Source: Candidatus Algichlamydia australiensis (GTDB lineage Bacteria; Chlamydiota; Chlamydiia; Chlamydiales; JAJFMI01). Taken from it: a stretch of 64,000 bases of DNA. The position numbers and the translations under genes are program-made. Location: NCBI GenBank assembly GCA_033977065.1, contig JAXCHI010000003.1, forward strand, positions 192,001 through 256,000, in the 5' to 3' direction. The notes under the pieces are model-generated. The model was not told the origin of the DNA and ran no database searches. It saw nothing but the letters and a program-made list of their open reading frames with translations. Of this stretch, positions 1 to 9,511 are shown in pieces (the stretch's first letter is position 1; each line of letters opens with the position of its first letter).

Positions 1-720
1 CGCAAAATCTTCACTTGCTCGGCTCTTCGGAGCAAATTCTTGCACCGGTTTGCCTGACAACACCGCACGTGAAACATGCATATCACGTCGAATCTTTGCC
101 TCAAACAGCATCCGAGGAAACGCATCTTCAATCTCTTCTAAAAACGCGCTATTGACCGCACCACGCTCATTCCAAAAAGAGAGCACCACACCTAAAAGCT
201 CAATCGGATGATACTTTTGAATCCCTTCATGAAACTCTTTTAATCGTCTCAAGGCAATTACGCTAAACGCTTCAGGAATCGCACAAATAATCGAGCGGTT
301 GGAAGCAAAAAAAGCGGACTGCGTCAGCCATCCAAGAGATGGCGGCGTATCGATAAAAATATAATCATAATTGAGAAGTGCAACTGCGCGCTTCAAACGC
401 TCATGCGCATAAGGATCTCCTGCCAGCTGCGCTGTACGCTCAATTCCGTCGAGATAGGCGTTGGCAGGAATCAGATCTAAACCCTCAATTTCTGTCGGAA
501 GAATCACCTCATCAATACCTTTTTCTTCCAGCAATACAGCTGCCATCGTCTCCATGCGATCAGGACCGAAGCCCAAACCAACAGAGAGATTGGCCTGCGA
601 ATCAAAATCAATTAATAAGACCCGTTTGCCATGACGCTTGCTTAGCTCATAAGCAAGATGCAAGCAGGTGGAAGTTTTTGCCGTACCACCTTTAAAACTA
701 CACAACGTAATTACATCCAT
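1..720 (-). CDS. parA: ParA/MinD family ATPase (chlamydial pGP5-like); 3' end runs off the window start
   Basis: Read manually (absent from ORF track): ATG at 720, MDVITLCSFKGGTAKTSTCLHLA...VLLIDFDSQAN...YIFIDTPPSLG; deviant Walker A and Walker B of ParA. Confidence 0.9.
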   Translation of the reverse strand, partial: MDVITLCSFKGGTAKTSTCLHLAYELSKRHGKRVLLIDFDSQANLSVGLGFGPDRMETMAAVLLEEKGIDEVILPTEIEGLDLIPANAYLDGIERTAQLAGDPYAHERLKRAVALLNYDYIFIDTPPSLGWLTQSAFFASNRSIICAIPEAFSVIALRRLKEFHEGIQKYHPIELLGVVLSFWNERGAVNSAFLEEIEDAFPRMLFEAKIRRDMHVSRAVLSGKPVQEFAPKSRASEDFA

Positions 721-764
721 AATGGAGTCAATGTAACGGTTGCACTTTTTTCTGTCGATAAAAT

Positions 765-929
765 TAGATAGTGTCGTCAAAAGCATACAACCATCTTATT
801 TTTCATGTTTGGGCTCCATTTTTGTGCTCAAATGAAGCGGAATTTACAAATTCAGCTTCAATTTCCGCACAAAAATAAGCTGCAAACATGAAAAATAATC
901 TGATTATAGCCTTTTGACGACACTATCTA
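765..929. mobile_element. Palindromic miniature element family A, copy 1 (165 bp)
   Basis: Terminal inverted repeats TAGATAGTGTCGTCAAAAG...CTTTTGACGACACTATCTA; inner IRs TTATTTTTCATGTTTG/CAAACATGAAAAATAA; near-identical copies elsewhere in window. Confidence 0.9.
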
Positions 930-2501
930 GTTAATCACAACCGTTACAGGTGTCGATTCACCACCAGACGCATCAATAGTCGAGATTTGGTAAGTATCTG
1001 TTCCTTTTTTGGGACGGTTATGGTCACGATATTCAGACATATTTCGACCCGATACAAGTGTTAAAAACTCCCCATTCCTAACAATTTTATATCCAGTAGA
1101 TGCAGAAGAGCTACTTGGTGTCCAATTCAACTTATTAAAATACTCTTTTTGAAAAGGAAAGCGATTTTCAACGCGCTTTCCTGTAGCTCTTGATGGAGGA
1201 GAGATAATAGCACTACCTATTCCTGTAGATGCTTCGATCACATTTGTTACCCCATCTTCACCTGTAAAAACAATCATAGCCCCAACACCGGTAGAAGCAA
1301 CTGCTACATGTGGGTCATTAACATTCTCCCCTGGAGAAGAGACCATTTCTGGTGCAGACCAGGTATTGGTTTCTAAATCAAAAGAAGTTACATAGACTTC
1401 TACAGGAGGAACAAAGCGTTCAAAAACAGCGACTCCATTTCCGTTATTATCAATTGCAACATCTCGATCAATTGATGTCTCTCCAGGATCAATATTTTGT
1501 GGGGTAGACCATGTATCTGTAACAGGATTATAGCTCGATGCTTGAGATATAACAGTCACACCATCAAACCCCTGCCAAGAAGCAATCGCTTGTAAAGAGT
1601 CATTAACTGCTATAAAAGGATTTTGGTTAACAGCAGCGGCAGGAACAATCGAAACAGGAAGTGCCCAACCTACTCCTTTTGTATAGCGCGCAGCGCGAAT
1701 ATCCACAGAAGGGACCGTACGCTCCCAAACGGCAATCGCATCTCCAGCTGCACTAGTTCCAATTTGAGGATCACCAACAGTACTTCCACCATCTGAAATA
1801 GTAATTGGTGCACTCCAAGTCATGGTTCCTACATCGAAGGAAGAGCTCTGTATACTACCACTTCTCTGCCAAACAGCAACAGCATCTCCATCGCCGTCAA
1901 CACTGACTTCGGCATTATTCGAACTAGCTGCTCCAGGAGAAATCTGAACTGGTGCGGACCACGTCATTAAACCAACGTCAAAATAAGAAGCAGAAATTTC
2001 TAAAAATCCTGGAATAAAGCTCTGCCAAACAACGACAGCATTACCACTAGGATCACAACTCACCTGAGGATTTGAAGCGGCAATTCCGTTTGCAACAAAA
2101 ATTGGCGCTGACCAAGTCTCTGCTGTCGAATCATAGCGCGCTGATTGAATGTCTCCAGCCGCGGTTTCTGACCAAACTACAACTGCATTTCCGCTAGAAT
2201 CAGAACTGATAGTGGGCGAGCTTGCTGATACACCCGCTGCAGAAATAGTCACTGGAGTAGTCCAACTCTCTGTTGCAGCTGAGTATTGAGCACCTTGAAC
2301 CCGGCTATTAAAGCCATCAGACCGAGTCCAAACTGCTACGGCATCTCCATTTGAAATCACCGTAACTTCAGGATTGCCTGCACTCTGCCCGGAATCTGAA
2401 ATCTGTTCTGGTGGTTCAAAAGTGTATGGTTCTGCACCAAGACTCCCTAATGTAGAACCTAAAATGATTAGAATTGATAAGTAGCTCTTACAATTGCGCA
2501 T
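927..2501 (-). CDS. Secreted beta-propeller repeat protein (8 repeats of ~50 aa) with C-terminal Fn3-like domain
   Basis: Signal peptide MRNCKSYLSILIILGSTLGSLGA; 8 repeats W(S/T)xPxxIS...P.V..D..G(N/D)AVxVW; C-terminus PPSRATGKRVENRFPFQKEYFNKLNW...YKIVRNG...YRDHNR...TYQISTID..GGES. Start placed at ATG 2501 (track uses 2528). Confidence 0.7.
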   Translation of the reverse strand: MRNCKSYLSILIILGSTLGSLGAEPYTFEPPEQISDSGQSAGNPEVTVISNGDAVAVWTRSDGFNSRVQGAQYSAATESWTTPVTISAAGVSASSPTISSDSSGNAVVVWSETAAGDIQSARYDSTAETWSAPIFVANGIAASNPQVSCDPSGNAVVVWQSFIPGFLEISASYFDVGLMTWSAPVQISPGAASSNNAEVSVDGDGDAVAVWQRSGSIQSSSFDVGTMTWSAPITISDGGSTVGDPQIGTSAAGDAIAVWERTVPSVDIRAARYTKGVGWALPVSIVPAAAVNQNPFIAVNDSLQAIASWQGFDGVTVISQASSYNPVTDTWSTPQNIDPGETSIDRDVAIDNNGNGVAVFERFVPPVEVYVTSFDLETNTWSAPEMVSSPGENVNDPHVAVASTGVGAMIVFTGEDGVTNVIEASTGIGSAIISPPSRATGKRVENRFPFQKEYFNKLNWTPSSSSASTGYKIVRNGEFLTLVSGRNMSEYRDHNRPKKGTDTYQISTIDASGGESTPVTVVIN

Positions 2502-2531
2502 ATAAAAACCTATATTTCGTAGATGCAATTA

Positions 2532-3146
2532 TTAAAATTCAAACCCGAGAGCTCCGCCAATGCTAAGTCCCCCTACTTCGACACCTTTACCCGAAACTCC
2601 CGCTCTTGTGTTGATTATCCCAAGACTTCTAAAAGAGTAATCGATGAAGCCCCTTAGAAATACAGACTTATCGAGGTAGTACAAAGCGCCCCCTTCTACA
2701 ACTCCCCCCATTCCACTCTTTGTCACACGACTTTCAACAAAAGTTACTTCATTTTTAACGCGGACAAAAAAGTAGCGAAGCCCTGCACCCAAAAATAACT
2801 TTATAGGATGGGGCCCCTCAGAGACCTCATAAATATAATCGAGACCTAACGAAAGAGGAATAATTCGAATCTCAGTTTTGTTATCTCCTCCAATCGAGTT
2901 TCCTTCACTATCGAGATAGTTAAAGCCCCCAAAAAGATAGAGATTTTTAAAAAATGGCTGAGAAAAAGGAAGATTTCCTGAAATTTTCAATCCTGAATTT
3001 AACCAGTGACCTCCATATATATCTCTAAGAGTGCTAGAGGTCGGCCGAAAATAGGCAGCGCTCCCCTCAATTAAAACAGGTTGTGCCGCAAGAGTTCCCC
3101 CTAATCCAATAAAAATAAGGAAAAATTTAAAAAATAATTTACGCAT
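2532..3146 (-). CDS. Small outer-membrane beta-barrel protein (OmpA/OmpW-like, probably 8 strands)
   Basis: Signal peptide MRKLFFKFFLIFIGLGGTLAA, alternating amphipathic strands, C-terminal BAM-type signature GGALGFEF. Start placed at ATG 3146. Confidence 0.75.
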   Translation of the reverse strand: MRKLFFKFFLIFIGLGGTLAAQPVLIEGSAAYFRPTSSTLRDIYGGHWLNSGLKISGNLPFSQPFFKNLYLFGGFNYLDSEGNSIGGDNKTEIRIIPLSLGLDYIYEVSEGPHPIKLFLGAGLRYFFVRVKNEVTFVESRVTKSGMGGVVEGGALYYLDKSVFLRGFIDYSFRSLGIINTRAGVSGKGVEVGGLSIGGALGFEF

Positions 3147-3278
3147 TTCTAGACACATACAGTAAAGAGATTTTTTGAGCAACTTAAGTGATATATAATC
3201 TGAATACTAAGAGGCTGTCTAAAGACAAAAAAAAACCGCTTACACAGTTTTTTTTAGCAAATAATTACTAGATGACAT

Positions 3279-3308
3279 AAAAAAAGGCCGCTTTCGCGGC
3301 CTTTTTTT
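3279..3308. terminator. Intrinsic terminator, potentially bidirectional
   Basis: A7-GGCCGC-TTTC-GCGGCC-T7 immediately after the stop of 3307..3606. Confidence 0.85.
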
Positions 3309-3606
3309 ACCCAAATATTTTTTTGTACATACTATCCCAATCCAATGGAGGGTTTCCTTTTTCTTTTTCATATTCGAGCTTCGTATCAAAAAATCTCAAT
3401 ATATAAGCTTCTCTTGGAGTAAATGTCTCCACTTCTTGCCTCTTTTTTATTCTATATAATGCAATATCTGTTTCCATCGAATTTTGTTGCATTTGTGAAA
3501 TTTTTTCTTTTATATTCTTTAGGTATTTAGAGAGTTTTTGTCGATCTACTGGGTGAGAACTATCTACGTCTCGGACCGTTCTATGTACGGGCATTACCAT
3601 AATCAT
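3307..3606 (-). CDS. Hypothetical protein (AT-rich, Lys-rich)
   Basis: 99-aa ORF, AAAGG-like RBS upstream, followed by a terminator. Confidence 0.55.
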   Translation of the reverse strand: MIMVMPVHRTVRDVDSSHPVDRQKLSKYLKNIKEKISQMQQNSMETDIALYRIKKRQEVETFTPREAYILRFFDTKLEYEKEKGNPPLDWDSMYKKIFG

Positions 3607-3741
3607 CCTTTTACTTTTTAAAATTGTTATATATATTTTTTAATTTGTGAAACTTATTAATTTTTAAATATTTAATTTTCACCGTTATAAAACGATAATT
3701 TCACAAACGTAGAAACAGTATATTATTAATTAAAAAAACAA

Positions 3742-5208
3742 TCAACTAAAAAAGTTAATTTTAAAAAATGTAGAAATATTTTCTATTAGATCAGAAGCAA
3801 TCATTGCTTCATTTGAAAGTTTTTTTGCTGCAATCTCTCCAGAAACTCCGTGAAGAGTTACTCCCAAAAGAGCAGCAGGAAGAGCATCGAGTTTCTGGGC
3901 AAGAAAAGAGCCGATAATACCAGTGAGTACATCCCCTGTTCCAGCAGTTGCCATGCCGGGGCAACCCCTAGTCGAAATAAAAGGTGATTTACCTGGTGAA
4001 AAAATCCAAGTTGGGGCGCCTTTTACAATTAAAACAACCTCTTTATCCTCTGCATATTTTTGACAAGCTGCGTGAGTTGGTTCTGCTCCAAGCAGTCGTT
4101 CCATCTCTTTTTTGTGAGGTGTGAGAACGGTTGGGACTTTTGCTTGGAAATTTTTGATTTCACTTAAGTGAAAAAGTCCATCTGCATCAATCACCCTCGG
4201 CAGTGGCACATCAAGCAACCGAACAAAACGTTTTTTTGCTTCTTCATCTCTCCCCATTCCAGGACCGATCACCAGGGCATTTGCGCGCTTAACTTCCGTG
4301 AAGAGCTCTTCAAAATGATCCGAGCGGATTAATTCATAAGGGGCTGCTGCTAGCTCCTCTTCCATCTTCGGCATGTGGTAGAGGCGCACGATTCCCACTC
4401 CCGTGCGCAAAGCAGCAGTGCAGGCAAGAAGGGCAGCGCCGGGCATACCGGGAGATCCCGCCACAGCAAGCAGATAACCCGCTTCGTACTTATGACGTGT
4501 GCGTTTTGGTTTAGGCACAATCTCAAAAAGCTTCTTTTCATCCAAAAGATAGCCTTGCAGCTCAGCCTCTTTTTGGTACTTGGGATCAAGACCAAAATCC
4601 ACAATGCGAAGCTCACCGATATGATTGTATCCCTCGCCCACAAAAAGCCCCAGCTTAGCCATACCAAGCGTGATCGTCATTGTTGCTTGGATCGCGCTAC
4701 CTTCAACTGCTCCGGTATTACCGTCTACACCTGAGGGAATGTCCAAAGCGACAATCGGTGCGCCGCTTGCATTCACCTTTTCAATTGTTTCCGCCAGTAA
4801 TCCTTCCGTTTTTCCAGAAAATCCTGTGCCCAAAAGACCATCTAAAATCACGCAGTCAGAAGGAAATATCGTGGTTTTTTCAATGGGAAGAAAGGGACCT
4901 TTAGCATTGTAGAAAGCTTCGCCCTTTTTCTTGCAAAGTGGCGAGTACTCCTCAGGCGGATAGAGATGATAAGCAGTGACCTCCACGCCGGCGTTATGCA
5001 AGTGCAGACCGGCAACGAGTGCGTCGCCTCCATTATTTCCTTTACCTAAGAGCAGAAGAACTTTTCTGGGAGCGAATTCCTCTTGCACAAGGCGCGCAAT
5101 CTCTTCGCCTGCCTTGTCCATGTAGGCTTCATCATCTGCCCCCTCTTCAATACTTTTACGCTCAATGCGCGCCATCTCTTTTGCCGTAACAATCGGCGCG
5201 CCTCTCAT
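3742..5208 (-). CDS. nnr: Bifunctional NAD(P)H-hydrate epimerase/dehydratase
   Basis: GKGNNGGD, DGLLGTG, DIPSG (YjeF-N); GPGMG, DADGL, LTPH, MATAGTGDVL (dehydratase). Confidence 0.93.
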   Translation of the reverse strand: MRGAPIVTAKEMARIERKSIEEGADDEAYMDKAGEEIARLVQEEFAPRKVLLLLGKGNNGGDALVAGLHLHNAGVEVTAYHLYPPEEYSPLCKKKGEAFYNAKGPFLPIEKTTIFPSDCVILDGLLGTGFSGKTEGLLAETIEKVNASGAPIVALDIPSGVDGNTGAVEGSAIQATMTITLGMAKLGLFVGEGYNHIGELRIVDFGLDPKYQKEAELQGYLLDEKKLFEIVPKPKRTRHKYEAGYLLAVAGSPGMPGAALLACTAALRTGVGIVRLYHMPKMEEELAAAPYELIRSDHFEELFTEVKRANALVIGPGMGRDEEAKKRFVRLLDVPLPRVIDADGLFHLSEIKNFQAKVPTVLTPHKKEMERLLGAEPTHAACQKYAEDKEVVLIVKGAPTWIFSPGKSPFISTRGCPGMATAGTGDVLTGIIGSFLAQKLDALPAALLGVTLHGVSGEIAAKKLSNEAMIASDLIENISTFFKINFFS

Positions 5209-6201
5209 CTAAAGAGACTCCTCTTTAATCGTACGAGTGAGCAGAGCGTGCACAGCCTTTTTGGGATCTAATCCTTGATAGACAACTTGATAAACTCCCT
5301 CCGTAATCGGCAGAGCAACATCATGTTTTTTTCCCAATTCGCGTGCAGAAACACAGGTGTAAGCTCCTTCTACAACCATACCAATCTCATCACGCGCTTG
5401 ATCAGGTGTTAGTCCCTTTGCAAGTAAGTTGCCAAATTTATAGTTGCGACTCTTATCAGAAATGCAGGTTGCGCAGAGATCTCCCATGCCAGCTAAGCCA
5501 TTGAGCGTCTCCATTTTTGCCCCCTTGACCATTCCCAGCTTGCGAATTTCATGCAAACCGCGTGTCATGAGCGCCGCTTTGGTGTTTTCCCCAAAACCCA
5601 AACCATCGGAGATCCCGCTGGCAATCGCAATAATATTTTTCATCGCGCCGCCAAACGCAACACCAATCATATCGCTGTTGGGATAGACACGGAAAGTAGA
5701 AGTTGTAAATGCCTTTCCCACTGTATGCATCAGCTCTTCATCATCGGAAGCGCTGACAACAGAAGCGGGTAGCTCATGCAACACTTCCAAAGCGAGCGTG
5801 GGACCACTCAAACAAGCGATCTTTGCTTGATCACCTAAAATGTCTTTTGCCAATTCGGGAAGTAAAAATCCTGTCCCCTGCTCAATTCCTTTTGATGTAA
5901 TGACAAAAGGAGGTAAATCGACACCCAAATCTTTTAACTGCTCTAAAACCGAGCGCATACCCTTGGATGTAACCGATTCCACAACAAGTTCTGCGCCATC
6001 CAGGGCTTCTTTAATATCAAACGTGTAGCGAAACGAGCCCTTCACCTCAATATCGGGAAAGCGCGGGTGCCTTTTTGTTTTAGCAAAATGATCGGGAAGA
6101 TCTTTTTCAATTGTCCAGATCACAACTTCGTGACCATTACTGGCAAGCAAGCGAGCTAAGCTAAACCCCCATGCGCCAGAACCAAGATATGCAATTTTCA
6201 T
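5209..6201 (-). CDS. gpsA: NAD(P)H-dependent glycerol-3-phosphate dehydrogenase
   Basis: MKIAYLGSGAWG, SKGIE, LSGP, GGAMKNIIAIA, GDLCATC..SRN; start placed at ATG 6201. Confidence 0.95.
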   Translation of the reverse strand: MKIAYLGSGAWGFSLARLLASNGHEVVIWTIEKDLPDHFAKTKRHPRFPDIEVKGSFRYTFDIKEALDGAELVVESVTSKGMRSVLEQLKDLGVDLPPFVITSKGIEQGTGFLLPELAKDILGDQAKIACLSGPTLALEVLHELPASVVSASDDEELMHTVGKAFTTSTFRVYPNSDMIGVAFGGAMKNIIAIASGISDGLGFGENTKAALMTRGLHEIRKLGMVKGAKMETLNGLAGMGDLCATCISDKSRNYKFGNLLAKGLTPDQARDEIGMVVEGAYTCVSARELGKKHDVALPITEGVYQVVYQGLDPKKAVHALLTRTIKEESL

Positions 6202-6281
6202 ACAGACCAGTATACCAAAAAATTCCCAATTCGAAACCGGTTTTTCACCATCATTGATTATCAACAACTTACAAAAATACT

Positions 6282-6319
6282 CATATCATTAAATCGCGTT
6301 TTTGCAATTTAATGATATG
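6282..6319. repeat. Inverted repeat/hairpin between rhuM and gpsA
   Basis: CATATCATTAAAT-12 nt-ATTTAATGATATG (13-bp perfect arms). Confidence 0.7.
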
Positions 6320-6324
6320 GGTTG

Positions 6325-7374
6325 TTACCTACCTTCTTTCAAATATTTAATACAAGCTCGATCAAAGTCAGAAAGATATTTTTTATTTTGATCAACTCGA
6401 TATTTTTCGTATTCTTCAGAAGCTTTCGCTACTGCCATTTCATGAGAAACTCTACCTGCATGTCTTAGAACTTGTTGGTCTGTTAAACTTAAAAATTTTT
6501 CTACTTGGAACAACCAGTCTTTCATTGACATAATTTGTTTTTTCAATGCCTTTAACTCTGCAAAATCAATAAACATAGTGACTAGACGATTTAACTTTGA
6601 AATTTCATCTTTTTTTAAGTAATTTTTTGCAATTAATGTATCACTCTTAAGAATCTTTCCTTTAGGAGAGTTTTTCCATGAAGTCAATCCCATAAATGGT
6701 TTTTCGCTATTCGCTCTTTGATAAACAATTTCTGCAGCAGTTTTTCCAGTAGTTGCAAAATGCAATTGATTCTGAATAATTTGAAAAAATTTCTTAGTTT
6801 CTTCACTTCGAGATCTATAATCGCTGCTACATTGTTCAAATACATCTGCTATTTTTTGATATGCTCGACGTTCACTCGCTCGAATTTCTCGAATCTTTTC
6901 AAGAAGTTCTTCAAAGTAATCTTCTCCAAAAGCATTTCCGTTTTTTAGCATTTGGTCATTGAGCACAAACCCTTTAAGCATAAATTCGCGTAAAGTATTT
7001 GTGGCCCATATTCTAAAATGTGTTGCCTTGATGGAATTGACACGATAGCCCACTGCAATTACAGCATCTAGATTATAAACCTCCACCTCGCGCAAGACCT
7101 TACGCCGACCCTCAATTTGAACTATTTCCATTTTGGAAACAGTTGCCTCTTTGGTTAATTCGATGCTAGAATAAATGTTTTTAAGGTGCCTAGAAACCGC
7201 TGGGACATTTACACCAAACAACTCAGCAATAGTCTTTTGCGTTAACCAAAAGTTGTTTTTAGAGTAAAACACTCCCACAACAACTTTTCCGTCAGTATTT
7301 GTGTAAAGAACAACTTTTTCTTCATGACTGAATTTTTGTAGAGGGTCCTTTGTTTTACTTGAGAAATTGCTCAT
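6325..7374 (-). CDS. Virulence RhuM family protein
   Basis: WLTQKTIAELFGV, YNLDAVIAVGYRVNSIKATHFRIWAT, GFVLND, IREIRASERR, TAAEIV, MGLTSW, IAKNYL; AT-richer than flanks. Confidence 0.9.
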   Translation of the reverse strand: MSNFSSKTKDPLQKFSHEEKVVLYTNTDGKVVVGVFYSKNNFWLTQKTIAELFGVNVPAVSRHLKNIYSSIELTKEATVSKMEIVQIEGRRKVLREVEVYNLDAVIAVGYRVNSIKATHFRIWATNTLREFMLKGFVLNDQMLKNGNAFGEDYFEELLEKIREIRASERRAYQKIADVFEQCSSDYRSRSEETKKFFQIIQNQLHFATTGKTAAEIVYQRANSEKPFMGLTSWKNSPKGKILKSDTLIAKNYLKKDEISKLNRLVTMFIDFAELKALKKQIMSMKDWLFQVEKFLSLTDQQVLRHAGRVSHEMAVAKASEEYEKYRVDQNKKYLSDFDRACIKYLKEGR

Positions 7375-7450
7375 ATTTAAAGCCTAGAAAGGGTGAAAAA
7401 CAAAATATTACATGAAAAAACAATTACTGACCACTTTGTCAGCTTATTAT

Positions 7451-7610
7451 GAACCTATCCAACTAAACATGCTTTTGCCTTTTTCCACATTTTTGGCTGG
7501 ATTTTGAGCTATTTTTTCAAACAACTTAATTAAGTTGTTTTCAAAAAGATCCCAAAATCCTTCTCAAAACTGAGAAAAAATTTCAAAAGCAGCTTTAGTT
7601 GGATAGGTTC
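7451..7610. mobile_element. Palindromic miniature element family B, copy 1 (160 bp)
   Basis: TIR GAACCTATCCAACTAAA...TTTAGTTGGATAGGTTC, central palindrome AAACAACTTAATTAAGTTGTTT, flanked by AT/AT; matching copy at 34156. Confidence 0.9.
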
Positions 7611-8652
7611 ATCTAGAAAGTAAATCTTTTTTTACTGTCTCAAAACTATCGCTACCGATAGCATTTTTTAGAGGAGAAAAGCAGGTTTTTCGATCGGCAA
7701 GAATCCCCGCATAAGAGTTGGCATGGAGAAATAAATCAAAATTGAATTTTTCAAATTTAAATACTTTCTTTCCCTTTACAGTTTTTCTTGCGACGTGAAG
7801 TGGAAGATCGATCGCATGAATTTTTTCAATAAAATCCATTGTGACGCAAAAAAGCCCCGCGTTGGCGATGGTCCATGTATGCAGCTTTTTTTCAGAGAAC
7901 TCGGAGTACTCTAAAACGGAGATCCGCCCGCCCTTTTCTGTAAAAAGCCCCATACTCTCATGACAATTGCACTTTTCAACTGCCTTTATTGCTAAGGGAA
8001 CTTCTTTTTCGATTTGCAACCCAACAAGTTCAGGATCAAAGGGATTGGCAAGGGGGTTATCAACGTGAATGCTGTTGACATGAGCGACTCCCATCTCCCG
8101 CCACTTGGCATAAATCCCATTTTGATAGAGCAGTTGCAAAGCTTCGCCATTTCCATTGGGTGCCATCACAGTTTTGCCGTCCTTATCTGCAAACCAACTT
8201 CCTGACTCATCCATAAGCGGCAGCTGATTCTGCTGAAAGAAATGAAGATTCTTTTCTGACAATCCAAAAAGTTGATTATCGAAGAAAAACTCGCGCGTTT
8301 CTCGGTCGTTTTGTGGAGAAGTCATGATTGCAACTTGTGCATGCGAAGGAATTTTTTCACAAAGGAGTTCAAAAAGAGACTTTTCTCCCAACACTTTTGC
8401 CGTCCCCTTGGGTCCTGGAAATCCAAGCCGTGTTCCCTGTCCCCCTGCCAAGACCACGCACGCAACACGCCCCTCATCAATCGCTCTCTCTCCTCTTTGT
8501 TTCGTCTCTTTCGAAATTTTTTTTGTGAAATTTTTAGGAGGAAAAAAAGCAGCATCTAGCGACTCTTTTGGAGCGACAATCAACTCTTTTTGAAGACGAT
8601 AGAGATCATCATCGAACGGGAGGTCAGGTGAGGTATGAGGCGAGGTCATCAA
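7609..8652 (-). CDS. UTP--sugar-1-phosphate uridylyltransferase (eukaryote-like UAP/UDPGP family)
   Basis: LAGGQGTRLGFPGPKG, IMTS, FFQQ, PNGNG, VDNPL, LEYSE, KFEKFNFD, FSPLKN. Confidence 0.88.
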   Translation of the reverse strand: MMTSPHTSPDLPFDDDLYRLQKELIVAPKESLDAAFFPPKNFTKKISKETKQRGERAIDEGRVACVVLAGGQGTRLGFPGPKGTAKVLGEKSLFELLCEKIPSHAQVAIMTSPQNDRETREFFFDNQLFGLSEKNLHFFQQNQLPLMDESGSWFADKDGKTVMAPNGNGEALQLLYQNGIYAKWREMGVAHVNSIHVDNPLANPFDPELVGLQIEKEVPLAIKAVEKCNCHESMGLFTEKGGRISVLEYSEFSEKKLHTWTIANAGLFCVTMDFIEKIHAIDLPLHVARKTVKGKKVFKFEKFNFDLFLHANSYAGILADRKTCFSPLKNAIGSDSFETVKKDLLSR

Positions 8653-9511
8653 CGTTTATATTCGCTACAATTTCATCTTTTCCGATTAAAGGAATATGGT
8701 CAAGATAAGGGTTAGGTGGATGGACATTTTGACGCAATACCCCTTGACGTGGATCCGCCCATAGCGAGATCAATCGCAAGGAAAAGGGTTCATTAATGTA
8801 GTAGAGCGTAGATAAAATTCCCGAATCAGGAGCAATTACAATAGAGCAGCAATTTTTTATCAGTGAGAGCATCTCATGCAGGGTTGTTTCTCCGCGCAAA
8901 TCCACAATATTTTTTCCTTGATAAATGGGACTCTTGCTCATGCCAAAAAGCACAAACTGCTTCTCGGGAAAACGCGCAAAAAGCTCCTGCCAATACTCCT
9001 CTGGCCAATCTTTTGTATAGCCATAAAATTGCTTCGTCTCAGACTGCACATGTACACCTACTGCGCCCTCTTTTACAGAAAATTTTTTACTAAGTGCATC
9101 CAATTTTGGATTCCAAAAAAGCCTCGGCACTAACTTCCCTAGTTGCCAAGAGAGCCAACGCGTCGGATCAATTTTTTCCAGCACATGATCATAATCATCA
9201 ATTGAAATTCCCGCTTCTCGAGCCCACTCTTCGATCGGCTTTGACTCTCCACGACGCATTGAAGGAGCAATAGCTACCTCTACATCGGGCAGCATCTGAA
9301 AACAGTCAGCCAAATCGGGACGCGTCAAATAAGTGATTTTTGCATCGAGAACAAACTCCCGCACGCGCACGCCAAGAGCATAGAGCCCAAGCGGGATGTC
9401 ACCAAGACCGCGATTCCAGAGAAAGAGAAAGTTTTTTTCGCTTTTTTTCTTTGCTTTTCTAAGCAAACGATCCAGAGGATTACCGAGTAATCGCATCGAC
9501 AACCTCCTCAA
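8624..9511 (-). CDS. Glycosyltransferase family 9 protein
   Basis: NRGLGDI, KDWPEEYW, DLRGETTL, APDSG motifs. Confidence 0.75.
   Translation of the reverse strand: MRRLSMRLLGNPLDRLLRKAKKKSEKNFLFLWNRGLGDIPLGLYALGVRVREFVLDAKITYLTRPDLADCFQMLPDVEVAIAPSMRRGESKPIEEWAREAGISIDDYDHVLEKIDPTRWLSWQLGKLVPRLFWNPKLDALSKKFSVKEGAVGVHVQSETKQFYGYTKDWPEEYWQELFARFPEKQFVLFGMSKSPIYQGKNIVDLRGETTLHEMLSLIKNCCSIVIAPDSGILSTLYYINEPFSLRLISLWADPRQGVLRQNVHPPNPYLDHIPLIGKDEIVANINVDDLASYLT

Noticed and set aside
378..695. 105-aa plus-strand ORF
   Set aside because: Shadow of the clear parA gene on the minus strand.
3208..3228. TAAGAGGCTGTCT stub resembling an IS/MITE terminus
   Set aside because: Single short match with no partner inverted repeat or second copy in the window.
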